DNA of 64,000 nt from contig JANQFV010000015.1 in assembly GCA_028277645.1 (NCBI GenBank), positions 51,298 through 115,297 on the forward strand, in the 5' to 3' direction. Numbering within the stretch: position 1 is the stretch's first letter; each line of letters starts with the position of its first letter. Source of the DNA: Phycisphaerae bacterium (GTDB lineage: Bacteria > Planctomycetota > Phycisphaerae > UBA1845 > Fen-1342). The translations under genes and the position numbers were made by a program. The notes under the pieces are model-generated. The model ran no database searches, was not told the DNA's origin, and saw only the letters and a list, made by a program, of their open reading frames with translations. Below, in pieces: positions 1 through 9,264 of the stretch.

Positions 1-1
1 T

Positions 2-466
2 TCCCTCGGTGCAATTGACGTGTTCAGGCTATTGGCCGACGGCGCGGACGTGGATGGGGCCATCGTCGCCGGTACGGGCATCGGCGACATCACGCCCACC
101 GAAGATTACTGGTATGCGATCTTCAACGAGCCGCGTCGATTGGACCCGTGGATGCCCCGCGACAAGTGGCGTGCGTTGAATGACCGGTACTACATGCCGG
201 CCGTGTTTATCGAGCGCATACTCCCGGACCGCTACCCCATGCTCTTCGTGCGGCTCGGCAGTGAACGTCTCGCGGCGCGCCCATTCCGCACCGCGGCGTG
301 GGCGGCTCTGCCGCAGCCGAAACAGGCCTGCACGCTGACATACGCCACCCACAACTTCACCGCTATCGGCGAGGCCGGCCTGATCCTCGGCGAGACGAGC
401 GTGACGCGTGACCTGGCCGATCAGGTTGCGTTGTTCGTTCGAGAGGTCCACTTACTCCCGCGGTAG
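2..466 (+). CDS. hypothetical protein, C-terminal part (reading frame open to the window edge)
   Basis: The frame of the 20..466 ORF has no stop back to position 2. Third codon positions are strongly G/C on the + strand. No recognisable domain. The antisense ORF 29..451 is treated as an artefact. Confidence 0.4.
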   Translation, partial: SLGAIDVFRLLADGADVDGAIVAGTGIGDITPTEDYWYAIFNEPRRLDPWMPRDKWRALNDRYYMPAVFIERILPDRYPMLFVRLGSERLAARPFRTAAWAALPQPKQACTLTYATHNFTAIGEAGLILGETSVTRDLADQVALFVREVHLLPR

Positions 467-596
467 CTTGGGCACTGCGTACCATCGTCCGATAGACATG
501 CCGCGTCGCGACGGTTGCTCATCGCTGGTGTTTTGCAACTGCTATGCGGTTAGAATGGACGCACTGCCTTGAGCATCATTTCACCGGGAATTCGTA

Positions 597-1172
597 GTGG
601 ATACGACCCGCCCCAGCCTGCTCATTCGTGTCCGCGATCGCACTGACGGCGCCGCGTGGCAGGAGTTCGACGGGATCTACCGTCCGATGATCCAACGCTT
701 CGCCATGGCGCGCGGCCTCCCGTTCTCGGATGCGGAGGAAATCACGCAACAGTGTATGACCGCGATTCAGCAGCACATTGGTGGATTCGAATATGACACG
801 AGTCGTGGCCGCTTTAAGAGTTGGCTGGCAACGCTGGTCAACAACCGTGTGCGGAACGCCCGGCGCGATCGTCGCGAATATCAGCCGGTCACCGGCGAGC
901 TTGACGCCTTACCCGAAGGGGGACGGGCACCAGACGAAGTGTTCGACCTGCTTTGGCGTCAGGAGCATCTGCGCCACTGCCTGAGATTGGTTCGCAGCGA
1001 GGTGAGCGCGTCGACGTACGAGGCATTCGTCGCGCACGTGATCGAGGATCGTCCGATCGAAGACGTATGTGCGACTCTGAAGATGACGCGCAATCAGGTT
1101 CAGGCCATCAAATCCCGTGTTACGCGGCGGATTCGGGCGCACATGATTGAGTTACTCGGTGCGGAGGAGTGA
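597..1172 (+). CDS. ECF-type RNA polymerase sigma-70 factor
   Basis: 191 aa. N-terminus is typical of ECF sigmas (PSLLIRVRD..AAWQEFDGIYRPMIQRF, region 2). C-terminus has a region-4 HTH (IEDVCATLKMTRNQVQAIKSRVTRRIR). GTG start. The stop lies 5 nt before the downstream kinase start. Confidence 0.85.
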   Translation: MDTTRPSLLIRVRDRTDGAAWQEFDGIYRPMIQRFAMARGLPFSDAEEITQQCMTAIQQHIGGFEYDTSRGRFKSWLATLVNNRVRNARRDRREYQPVTGELDALPEGGRAPDEVFDLLWRQEHLRHCLRLVRSEVSASTYEAFVAHVIEDRPIEDVCATLKMTRNQVQAIKSRVTRRIRAHMIELLGAEE

Positions 1173-1176
1173 GCGC

Positions 1177-4125
1177 GTGACCGGTTGTCCGAGTGATGAC
1201 GAGCTCGAGCGCTATCGCGCGGAGGAAGTGGCCGCCGAAGCTGCGGGGCGAATCCGATCGCACTTTGCAGACTGCACTGACTGTGCGACCCGCTACGCCA
1301 GGCTGTGCGAGGCGGAGCAGCAACTGCTGGAGGACCTCCGGGGGCTGGGGGTAGAACGCATCCGGCCGCACGAATCGCGCACTGAGCAGAGCAGTGCAGC
1401 CGATGTGCGGGAGCCGGTGCAACCTACTCGCGCGCGAGTGCTGCTCGACATCCCGGGCTTCGAGATCATTGAGGAGCTGCACCGCGGCGGCCAGGGTATT
1501 GTGTACCGAGCGCGGCAGCTCAGAACAAACCGCGATGTTGCAATCAAGGTGCTGCGCGACGGTACACACGCATCGGCCGCGGCCAGCAGACGCTTTGAGC
1601 GCGAGATCGAGTTAGCCGCCGGGCTGCGGCATCCCAATATCGTCACCGTGTTCGACTCCGGGCGCACGACGGCGGGCCAGGCCTATTGTGTGATGGACTT
1701 TGTCCGCGGGCTGCCGCTCGATCAGCACGTGCGCCAGCACGAATTGTCGGCGGCGGAGATTCTGGATCTCGTGGCCGAGGTCTGCGACGCCGTGTTTTAT
1801 GCACACCAGCGCGGCATCATTCACCGTGATCTGAAGCCGTCCAACATCCTGATCGACGAGGACGGCTCACCGAAGGTGCTCGACTTCGGGTTGGCCAGGC
1901 AGATTGCCGAGGGTGCTGATTCGTTGCTGACTATGGCCGGCAGCGTTCTTGGAACGTTGCCGTTCATGTCGCCCGAGCAGGCGGCCGGCCGTCAGGAGCA
2001 GATCGACACGCGTACGGATATCTATGCCCTCGGCGTGATTTTGTATCTCCTGCTGACGGGTGATTATCCGTTCGAAACAGATGGTCCGCTCGTCGACGTG
2101 ATTCGGCGCATCAGCGAAGCGGAACCCACGTCACCGCGTAAGGCCTGGTCGCTGTCCGCGGATGCGCCGGGCAAGCTCGCCGACGTGCAATCGCGCTCCC
2201 GCTGCCCCATCGACAGCGAGCTTGAGACGATTCTGCTCAAGGCGCTAGCCAAAGAACCGCAGCAGCGCTATCAGACGGCGCTTGAGCTGTCCGCTGATCT
2301 TCGACACTACCGCGCGGGCGAGCCGATCGCCGCCAAGCGAGCCAGCAACTGGTATGTGATGCGCAAGGCCATTCGCCGCTACAAGGTGCAGTTCACCCTT
2401 GCCGCCGCCACCGCGGTGCTAGCGGTCGGCTCAGCGCTGGCGCTGTCGGTGATGTACGCGCGGCAGGGGCAACTGCTGCGCGAGGTGGGGACGGAACGCG
2501 ATCGCGCCGATCGGCGGTTCCAGCAGGTGCGCGCGCTGGCCCGCGAGTTCATCTTCGAGATCCACGATCGCATTCAGCACCTGGCTGGTGCCACAGCCGC
2601 ACGCGAACATCTTGTGCGTACAGCTCTGGAATACCTGGACAGCCTCGCCGCCGAGGCCGGGCACGACGCAGCGCTGTTGCGCGAACTGGCGCTCGCGTAT
2701 CAGAAGGTCGGTGATGTGCAGGGCGCTCCGGGGGCTGCCAATCTCGGCGATAGCGCCGGCGCGCTGGATAGCTATGGTAAGGCCCGGGCCCTCCTCGCCG
2801 CGCTGGCAGCCGCAGACGCGGCAGATGTTCGCGCACAGCGTGAACTAGCAGATTGCCATGACAAGATCGGCAATTTGGAGATCACGCTTGGCGACGCCAA
2901 CGCTGCCAGCGAGAGCTATGAAGCGGCCTTTCGAATCTACCGAGCACTGATTGAGGATGATCACGACGTCGTCGAAGTACACATCGGGTTGGCACGGGGC
3001 CACCTGAAGCTCGGTGACGTGCGGTTGCACACCGGCAACAGCGCGCAGGCGCTCGAGTGCTACGAACGGGCCGTTGCCGAACTGGAAATGCTGGCCGTCG
3101 AGCCCAGCGACGAGGTGACCCTGCGGGATCTTGCGTTGAGCTACGGTCGGCTGGCCGACGCGCAGGGGAGACTAGGCCAGCGCGACGAGGCGCTGGCCAG
3201 CGAAGCCAAGAGTCTGAGCATCTCGCAGCGGCTGCTCGAGCAGAATCCCAATGACGCCCGCGCCCTCCGCGACGTCGCGGAAGATCTCGTCAGTGTTGGC
3301 GATGCGCAGCGCGGCTTGGGGCGCATGGACGATGCGCTATCCCGGTATGAGCAGAGCCTGGCAGTCCGGCTACAGCTCGCACAGCTCGATCCACAAAACG
3401 TCGAGGCCCAGCGCGATCTGGCGCTATGCTACAATCGCGTTGGTGGCGTGCAGCGCATGCTCGGGAACACCGCCGCGGCCAGCGAAACGTATCGTGTCGG
3501 GTTGCAGATTGTTGCGGCCTGGGCCGCAGCGCGCCCTGATGACCCGCGGCCGCGCCAGGCGCTGCGGGTGTATCACACGACGATCGGAGATTGTGAGCTC
3601 GCACTGGGCGGGGCGGATGCAGCACGCGCCAGCTTCCAGGCGGCGTTCGACATCGCATCTGATGCGGCGCAGGCTGATCCCGCCAGTGCTCGGGCTCAGC
3701 GTGATCTTTCCGTCGCTCTGGTTCGCTTGGGTGATGCGCAACTTGCCATGCAGCTCCCCGAAATCGCGTTGAGCGGGTTTCAACAGGCGCTCGACATCCG
3801 TACACAGCTCGCGGAGACCGACCCCGAAAACGTCGGTTACCAGCGCAACCTGGCGGAAGTCTTCGAGAAACTGGGTGACGCGCACGCGGCGCTCGGTGCC
3901 GATACCACGCGCCCGCGCGCAGTTCGGAACGATGCCTGGCGGGCGGCCCACGCTGCGTACGTCCGCAGCCGCGCTGCGTACGTTGCGATGCGTGATGCCG
4001 GCACGCTGTTCGGCTTCGATGCCGCCGCTCCGGACAACCTCGCGCGTCGCGTCACTACGTGTGAGGCCGCCCTCCGCGCGCTGGAGGCGACGGACTCACC
4101 ACCGTCCGCCGTCGATCCGGCCTGA
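1177..4125 (+). CDS. Ser/Thr protein kinase with N-terminal ZAS-type anti-sigma motif, one TM helix and a long C-terminal TPR region
   Basis: Hanks kinase motifs are present: GGQGIVYRA, VAIKVL, HRDLKPSNILID, DFGLAR, MSPEQ. The N-terminus reads C-x24-H-x3-C-x2-C (CPSDDEL...RSHFADCTDC). TM segment FTLAAATAVLAVGSALALSVMYA. The remaining ~550 aa are TPR-like repeats (LG/VGD..Y..AL). Start chosen at GTG 1177, 7 nt after GGAGGAG; the ORF track start is TTG 1147. Confidence 0.85.
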   Translation: MTGCPSDDELERYRAEEVAAEAAGRIRSHFADCTDCATRYARLCEAEQQLLEDLRGLGVERIRPHESRTEQSSAADVREPVQPTRARVLLDIPGFEIIEELHRGGQGIVYRARQLRTNRDVAIKVLRDGTHASAAASRRFEREIELAAGLRHPNIVTVFDSGRTTAGQAYCVMDFVRGLPLDQHVRQHELSAAEILDLVAEVCDAVFYAHQRGIIHRDLKPSNILIDEDGSPKVLDFGLARQIAEGADSLLTMAGSVLGTLPFMSPEQAAGRQEQIDTRTDIYALGVILYLLLTGDYPFETDGPLVDVIRRISEAEPTSPRKAWSLSADAPGKLADVQSRSRCPIDSELETILLKALAKEPQQRYQTALELSADLRHYRAGEPIAAKRASNWYVMRKAIRRYKVQFTLAAATAVLAVGSALALSVMYARQGQLLREVGTERDRADRRFQQVRALAREFIFEIHDRIQHLAGATAAREHLVRTALEYLDSLAAEAGHDAALLRELALAYQKVGDVQGAPGAANLGDSAGALDSYGKARALLAALAAADAADVRAQRELADCHDKIGNLEITLGDANAASESYEAAFRIYRALIEDDHDVVEVHIGLARGHLKLGDVRLHTGNSAQALECYERAVAELEMLAVEPSDEVTLRDLALSYGRLADAQGRLGQRDEALASEAKSLSISQRLLEQNPNDARALRDVAEDLVSVGDAQRGLGRMDDALSRYEQSLAVRLQLAQLDPQNVEAQRDLALCYNRVGGVQRMLGNTAAASETYRVGLQIVAAWAAARPDDPRPRQALRVYHTTIGDCELALGGADAARASFQAAFDIASDAAQADPASARAQRDLSVALVRLGDAQLAMQLPEIALSGFQQALDIRTQLAETDPENVGYQRNLAEVFEKLGDAHAALGADTTRPRAVRNDAWRAAHAAYVRSRAAYVAMRDAGTLFGFDAAAPDNLARRVTTCEAALRALEATDSPPSAVDPA

Positions 4126-4291
4126 TTCACGTCCGATATTGCCTGCTAGTCAGCTCGCAAGAGCCCACAACTCAGAAATACGCACCTCTGGCCAGGTCCG
4201 TGTCAGCTAAGGCTGGCTGCCGTGTACTCCCGGTGCAGGGAACGAAGCGAACGAGTTCGCCCGCTCGGGCGTTGGTACAGGAGAACGCACC

Positions 4292-5104
4292 ATGAATATC
4301 ACCCCCACGACATTCCGACAGACTTTCTTATTGGTGCTCGCGATTGCTAGTAGTACGCCGTTACTGCTGGGTTGCGGCAGCGTTGGCGTCAACCCCCTGG
4401 GATTGCTGGGATGGGGCGCCGGCTCACATTCCGGCTACTCGACGACGCAGGTCAGCGGCCCGCTCCAGGTCACGCTCACGCCGAGCGCGTGGGAGGTCAG
4501 CCCCGGAACCACCGTTACCGTCGTTGCCAACGTCGCCGGCGGCACGCCGCCGTACACGCACTGGTGGTGGAAGGACGGCGACGGAAAATGGACGCAGGGC
4601 ACAGCGACCTACACCGGCGTCTTCGATCAGCCCGATGCTCAGTCGCTGCACTACGTCGTGATCGACGCAGCCGGCGTCGAATCGGACGCGGTCAGCGTCG
4701 ACATCAAGGTGTACGGCACCGGCGGGCAGGTCTGTCCGAGCATCGCCGGCACCTGGAGCGTGACGACCGGCTTCGGGCAGATGGAACTGCAGGTCACCGG
4801 CGGCACGTTCACCGGCACATATGCCGGCGGCTGCGGCCGGATCACCGGCACGCTCAACGGGCTCACGATGACCGGCACGTGGGATCAGAGGCAGAACACC
4901 TGCGGTATGGAGGCGACGTCGGGGCCGTTCGAATGGCATCTGGCCTCCGACCTGTCGCGTTTCACCGGCCGCTGGGCGTACGCCGGCGAACAGGTCTGGC
5001 GGCCTGAGATCGTCGACGGTCACCACACTGAATGCGAGCAGACGGCCACCGGCGGCACCGCGCCGTTGGGTGGGATTGTGAAACCGATCAATGAGCGCGG
5101 TTGA
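4292..5104 (+). CDS. secreted lipoprotein, PKD-like motif, function unknown
   Basis: Signal peptide with lipobox (LLLGCGS). GGTPPYTHWWW motif resembles the PKD/Ig-like segment also seen in the 38290..40422 protein. SD-like GGAGAA lies upstream of the ATG. Confidence 0.6.
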   Translation: MNITPTTFRQTFLLVLAIASSTPLLLGCGSVGVNPLGLLGWGAGSHSGYSTTQVSGPLQVTLTPSAWEVSPGTTVTVVANVAGGTPPYTHWWWKDGDGKWTQGTATYTGVFDQPDAQSLHYVVIDAAGVESDAVSVDIKVYGTGGQVCPSIAGTWSVTTGFGQMELQVTGGTFTGTYAGGCGRITGTLNGLTMTGTWDQRQNTCGMEATSGPFEWHLASDLSRFTGRWAYAGEQVWRPEIVDGHHTECEQTATGGTAPLGGIVKPINERG

Positions 5105-5292
5105 GGTGCCTCGTATGATTGCCGCGCTCCATGTAGGCGGGCGGCATCACATCGAGGTAGTTAGTCCGCCGTGCGCCAGCGATCAAGCGCGCTGCAACCT
5201 AGCGTGCGGTGAGGTTCGCCACCGCCTGAATGCCGTACCATAGACGGAATCGTATGTCGTCGAGTGAGTTAAAACTGCGTGCGTGCGGAATC

Positions 5293-5820
5293 TCAGTTTC
5301 TGGTCCTGCGCGTCTTGAGTACAAACTGCTCCTTAACCTCGCGAATCATGTCGAACGTACTGCAGTACAAGACGTTGTATTCGATGCAGATGTTTGGGAG
5401 CTTGACGCGCTTTTTCGCCAGCGGCTCGAATTCTTCGTGAGTTACGACCACGGCACCATTGACCCGCGCGAAGGCAACTAGCCAACCGTCGGCACTAGCG
5501 GCGAACGTCGCCTTGGCTGCCGCCGTGAACTGCTCTTCGCTTTGGACCCAATTGACCAGCTCAACGAACGCATCAATCACGCGTTTGTCGCTGGTACGCT
5601 TGAAGAAGTCGTCCGGCACGTCCCGATTCACCCACGTCGACAGTTCGTCGCCTTCCTCATCCAGTTCGCTCTTCACACGATCAATGCTGCATAGTGTGCG
5701 CGCACGGTTCTGACGGATGAGCGCGCGCCAGAACCCGGGGCAGATGTCGAATGCGTAGTGCATCCGGTGTGCCTGAATGAAAACGTTCGCATCAAGCACG
5801 TAACGTCTATTGTCGCTCAT
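5293..5820 (-). CDS. DUF4411 family PIN-like protein
   Basis: 175 aa. The N-terminus YVLDANVFIQAHRMHYAFDICPGFW and the C-terminus ADGWLVAFARVNGAVVVTHEE...KLPNICIEYNV match my recollection of the DUF4411 family pattern. Overlaps the upstream ImmA/IrrE gene by 14 nt. GC is visibly lower than the surroundings. Confidence 0.75.
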   Translation of the reverse strand: MSDNRRYVLDANVFIQAHRMHYAFDICPGFWRALIRQNRARTLCSIDRVKSELDEEGDELSTWVNRDVPDDFFKRTSDKRVIDAFVELVNWVQSEEQFTAAAKATFAASADGWLVAFARVNGAVVVTHEEFEPLAKKRVKLPNICIEYNVLYCSTFDMIREVKEQFVLKTRRTRN

Positions 5821-6991
5821 CGATCATCCTCTGCTGCAGCCGACGAGCGTACTTGGCGAACGTTTCCCCCTTGAGATCGGTCAGTTGGTACGCCTCCCGA
5901 TACAGCAACCGGCCCTCCCGCGCTGCCCGCACGACCGCGTATGCGAACCGCTTGCCCAGTCGCACATCTTGCACGACGTAGAAATCCGGTCCCCCCTTCC
6001 TTGATTTCCTCTCAGACCTGCGTTTGTGGAACTCGGCCTGGTCCCTCGCATAGAAATCGAAGAACCGCTTTCTTGTGATCAGTCCCAAGTCCATTGCTCG
6101 ACGCGCCGCTGCGACCGGGCTCACTTTGAACCATCCTGCGATCGGTTTGAACGGGTTGACATGTTGCTTCACGTCATGCCACCGCTCACGCAGCTTGTGC
6201 TCGGGGAGAAGGAACTCTGCCGCGGTCTGATTGCAGAACTTCTCCATCTCGTCGTCGTGAGGCATCGTCTGGATCAAGTTAAACAAGCCGCCACGCCCTA
6301 CCCACACATGCACTAGCTCGTGAGCCATGGTGAACATCTGCGCGGATTTCGAATCAGCGCCGTTGACGAAGATCAACGGCGCGTACTCGTCACAGAGGAC
6401 GAATCCCCGGAACTCCTCGGGGTCGAGCGATCGGTGGTTGTTCAGCCCGACTACGCTCGCAGTTGCTACCAGCACGCCAATTCGTTCAGCGGACTCTCGC
6501 AGCGTGCGTAATGCATCCTCCCATGAACCATGTTGTTCTGCCCAGTCGACGTTTAGGCCGAGTCTCTCACGAATCCGGGCAGCCAGCGACGTAGTGTTCC
6601 GAAGCTTGTGACCGCTCCCCACGAATTCCATTGGCGGCAGACCTTCGTCGATCAGGTACTCGCGCATCCACGATTGGCGGCGCTGCATCGTGTGAATGGT
6701 CTCAATCAGATTCGGACTCGGGCGCTCGATAGGCACATCGCCGCGCGTGCGGAAGTCCGGTATCGGGAGGGGTTCTTCCGGCGGCGCGTCAAGGAACAGG
6801 TGTCCGAGGGGCGTCATGGTCTTGTTGGCGAATTGCTCGAGCTGTCGCAGGGTTGGCCGGCGCTCGCCGCTGAGCCACTCATTGAGCATCTTGAACTTCT
6901 CGTCTGAGCGCAATTCGTCCACTGAAAGACCGGATCGCTTGATCGCCCAGTGGAGGAGTGTCGGTGCTATGTTGACTCTATGCGCCATCAA
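5807..6991 (-). CDS. XRE-type HTH / ImmA-IrrE family zinc metallopeptidase
   Basis: 394 aa. N-terminal HTH-like segment (LSVDELRS...RRPTLRQLEQFANKTMTPLGHLF). HExxH motif in FTMAHELVHVWVGRG. Architecture is typical of COG2856/ImmA-IrrE proteins. Lower GC. Confidence 0.8.
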   Translation of the reverse strand: MMAHRVNIAPTLLHWAIKRSGLSVDELRSDEKFKMLNEWLSGERRPTLRQLEQFANKTMTPLGHLFLDAPPEEPLPIPDFRTRGDVPIERPSPNLIETIHTMQRRQSWMREYLIDEGLPPMEFVGSGHKLRNTTSLAARIRERLGLNVDWAEQHGSWEDALRTLRESAERIGVLVATASVVGLNNHRSLDPEEFRGFVLCDEYAPLIFVNGADSKSAQMFTMAHELVHVWVGRGGLFNLIQTMPHDDEMEKFCNQTAAEFLLPEHKLRERWHDVKQHVNPFKPIAGWFKVSPVAAARRAMDLGLITRKRFFDFYARDQAEFHKRRSERKSRKGGPDFYVVQDVRLGKRFAYAVVRAAREGRLLYREAYQLTDLKGETFAKYARRLQQRMIDERQ

Positions 6992-7185
6992 TCTCAGTTA
7001 ACGCGTGCGGCCGATTCTGTTCCTGCGGGCTATTCTATCCTATCGTGAAGCTCGACGGTTTTCCCGTGTTGCTTTCCGAGGAACCAACATCGCAAGAAAA
7101 TCGCACGTTCGGCGTCTTAGCCGACCGACCGAGAATGACGGCGTGCCGGTGCGTTCAATCGCGGAGCGGAGGCGCCGCCATAGTG

Positions 7186-8850
7186 CTACTTAGCCTTCTC
7201 CAGCAGCAGGAAGTTGTGCGGCTGCAACTCGGCGCCTTCCTCGTGGAATGGGAACGCCTTGATCTCGTCGTTGCTCAGGTGGTCCTTCCAGAGATTGATC
7301 GGTCGGATGACGGCCAGCTTGGCGTCGTGCTTCACGATCAGTTGGACCTGTAGCTTCGAATGGTCGACCTTGTACCACGATCCGGTCTGGTTTCGCCACA
7401 TCACGCTGCGCTTCCATTCCGCCGAGGGAATGCGAGTCGCCAGCACTTCCGCGTTCGGCTCCCGCTGCTTCCAGGCGTCGGCGGCGAGCTTCTCCAGCGC
7501 GGGACGGTCGCTGTGCGCATAGCGATCCTGCGGCAGCTCGTTCGCCGCGATGATCGACTCGCGCAGCGAATCCTGCGCCTTCTTTAGTTCGGCGCGCGTC
7601 TGCTTGAGCTTGTCGGTCATCGTTGCGGCCGCCGCCGCGTCGAGCGTTTGGAGCAGCGCGATCTTCTCCTCCGCGAATCCCAGCGTCTGCGGGATGCCGC
7701 CGGTAAAGAACAGCGGCTTCTTCTCGGCGACGGCTTCTGACGCCCACTTCCGCGCCTCATCCAGGTGTCCCGTGATCTCCTTTGGCAGGCCTTCCTTCTG
7801 TTGCTTGGCAGCGGCGGCAAACTCGAAGTACTGCTGGGTGAAGTGGTTGCTGATGCCGACGATCCGCTTGCCCTCGGGCGTCTGCTGGTGCGTCAGGATC
7901 GCGTACTGCTTGACGATGCGGTCGCGCTCCTCGACGGCGGCCGGCGCGGTTCGAATCACCTCCGTCGCCTGCGCGCGGTTCTCGACGAGAATGTTGCGGT
8001 TCGCGAACATGCCCGCCAGCTCGCCAAGTCGTTTGATGTCGGCATCGAGCGTCGGGTAGCTCCCCGGATTGATGAGCTGGGCCAGCTTCTGGTGCAGCGG
8101 CACAAGGAATTCCCGTGACGCCGCCACACTCGCCACAGCCTGATCCAGTTCACTTTGCGTCGTTGCCACGCCGCGTCCATCGGACGGCAACGGCGCGAGC
8201 GAATCTCGCGTTTCCTTGGTTCGTCGGTCGGCGACTTCCAGCGTGTTGATGCCGGTCTGCACTTTGCGGTGATCGATCAGCCGCTGGTCCTCGGCCTGCT
8301 TCAGCTCCTCGACGAGTTGTGTCAGTACCGCTGCCCGTCCCTGAAGATCGCGCAGGGAGAACCGCGCATTCTTGAGTTGCTCCTCCTGGCGATAGTCCAG
8401 CTTCACGCCAGCTTCGGCAGCGCCGCCGCCGGCCGGCGCGGGCGCCTGTCCGGTCAGGCGTGTCTCCAGCGCGTTCGCCGCCGCGATCGCCACATCGAGG
8501 TTTTTCTGCGTCTTCTGCACTTCCGGGTCGGCGGCGGGAAGCGTCCCGAGCGCTTTCTGAAGCTGTGGAATCGGCGCCTTCGCGGACTGCAGCCGCATCA
8601 TGGCTAGCTTGGCCTTCGAGCCCTTCGGGCGTCCTGTGCCGGGGCCGGCGGCATCCTGCGCGAGTTTCAGGTTGGTCTGGAGTTGCTTGAGGCCGGAGCG
8701 GACGGCGTCGAGCTTGCTCTTCTGCGCCGGGGTAAGATCGCCCCATGCTGCTACTGGAGTCGCGATCGCGATGCACAAGGTCAACAGACCGACGCCGAGC
8801 AGCCGTGGTCGCGATTGCGCAGACAGATTGTGGCTGAATGGTGAGTTCAC
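7186..8850 (-). CDS. secreted coiled-coil-rich protein, function unknown
   Basis: Long ORF with G/C-rich third positions. Hydrophobic signal-like N-terminus (LLGVGLLTLCIAIATPVAAWG). Start picked at GTG 8850, preceded by GGAGAA; the ORF track start is TTG 8901. No recognisable domain. Confidence 0.6.
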   Translation of the reverse strand: MNSPFSHNLSAQSRPRLLGVGLLTLCIAIATPVAAWGDLTPAQKSKLDAVRSGLKQLQTNLKLAQDAAGPGTGRPKGSKAKLAMMRLQSAKAPIPQLQKALGTLPAADPEVQKTQKNLDVAIAAANALETRLTGQAPAPAGGGAAEAGVKLDYRQEEQLKNARFSLRDLQGRAAVLTQLVEELKQAEDQRLIDHRKVQTGINTLEVADRRTKETRDSLAPLPSDGRGVATTQSELDQAVASVAASREFLVPLHQKLAQLINPGSYPTLDADIKRLGELAGMFANRNILVENRAQATEVIRTAPAAVEERDRIVKQYAILTHQQTPEGKRIVGISNHFTQQYFEFAAAAKQQKEGLPKEITGHLDEARKWASEAVAEKKPLFFTGGIPQTLGFAEEKIALLQTLDAAAAATMTDKLKQTRAELKKAQDSLRESIIAANELPQDRYAHSDRPALEKLAADAWKQREPNAEVLATRIPSAEWKRSVMWRNQTGSWYKVDHSKLQVQLIVKHDAKLAVIRPINLWKDHLSNDEIKAFPFHEEGAELQPHNFLLLEKAK

Positions 8851-9110
8851 CGGTGTTCTCCGATTGATAATCAGTGAAACTAGTCGGAACAGCCCGCGCA
8901 AGCTATCTGCGCAGCCGACCGCGGCACGTACCCGAACCAGTGTGCCAGGGCATTATAGTGCTGGGCACCCCGGGCTTCCGCAACAGGCGAGCCGTTCGTA
9001 CTGTTTCGTCTCGCCATGAACACTGCGCCGGCCTCGATCCTGGCCCTGAAGCCTTGCCGCTTAGTACCCGACGCAATAATGTAGGGGCATCGGTGGGGTC
9101 GAACATGCTG

Positions 9111-9197
9111 GGAGTGGTGCCCGAGTGGCCTAAGGGGCACGCTTGGAAAGCGTGTGTACGCGTTAGCGTACCGCGGGTTCGAATCCCGCCCACTCCG
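9111..9197 (+). tRNA. tRNA-Ser (anticodon GGA)
   Basis: Cloverleaf folded by hand. Acceptor GGAGTGG/CCACTCC. Anticodon stem CACGC/GCGTG with loop TTGGAAA. Long variable arm GTACGC-GTTA-GCGTAC. T arm GCGGG-TTCGAAT-CCCGC. Discriminator G. No encoded CCA. Confidence 0.9.
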
Positions 9198-9264
9198 ATT
9201 TGGCAGAAGGAACTAAGGGATTAAGAGATCAAGGGATTGAGGTTCGGGGTCGTGGGGTGACACA

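Noticed and set aside
9111-9197. tRNA-Ser as the integration site of a genomic island containing the ImmA/DUF4411 pair
   Set aside because: I could find no integrase and no direct repeat of the tRNA 3' end between 5100 and 9100 or downstream. The low-GC pair is separated from the tRNA by a normal-GC secreted-protein gene.
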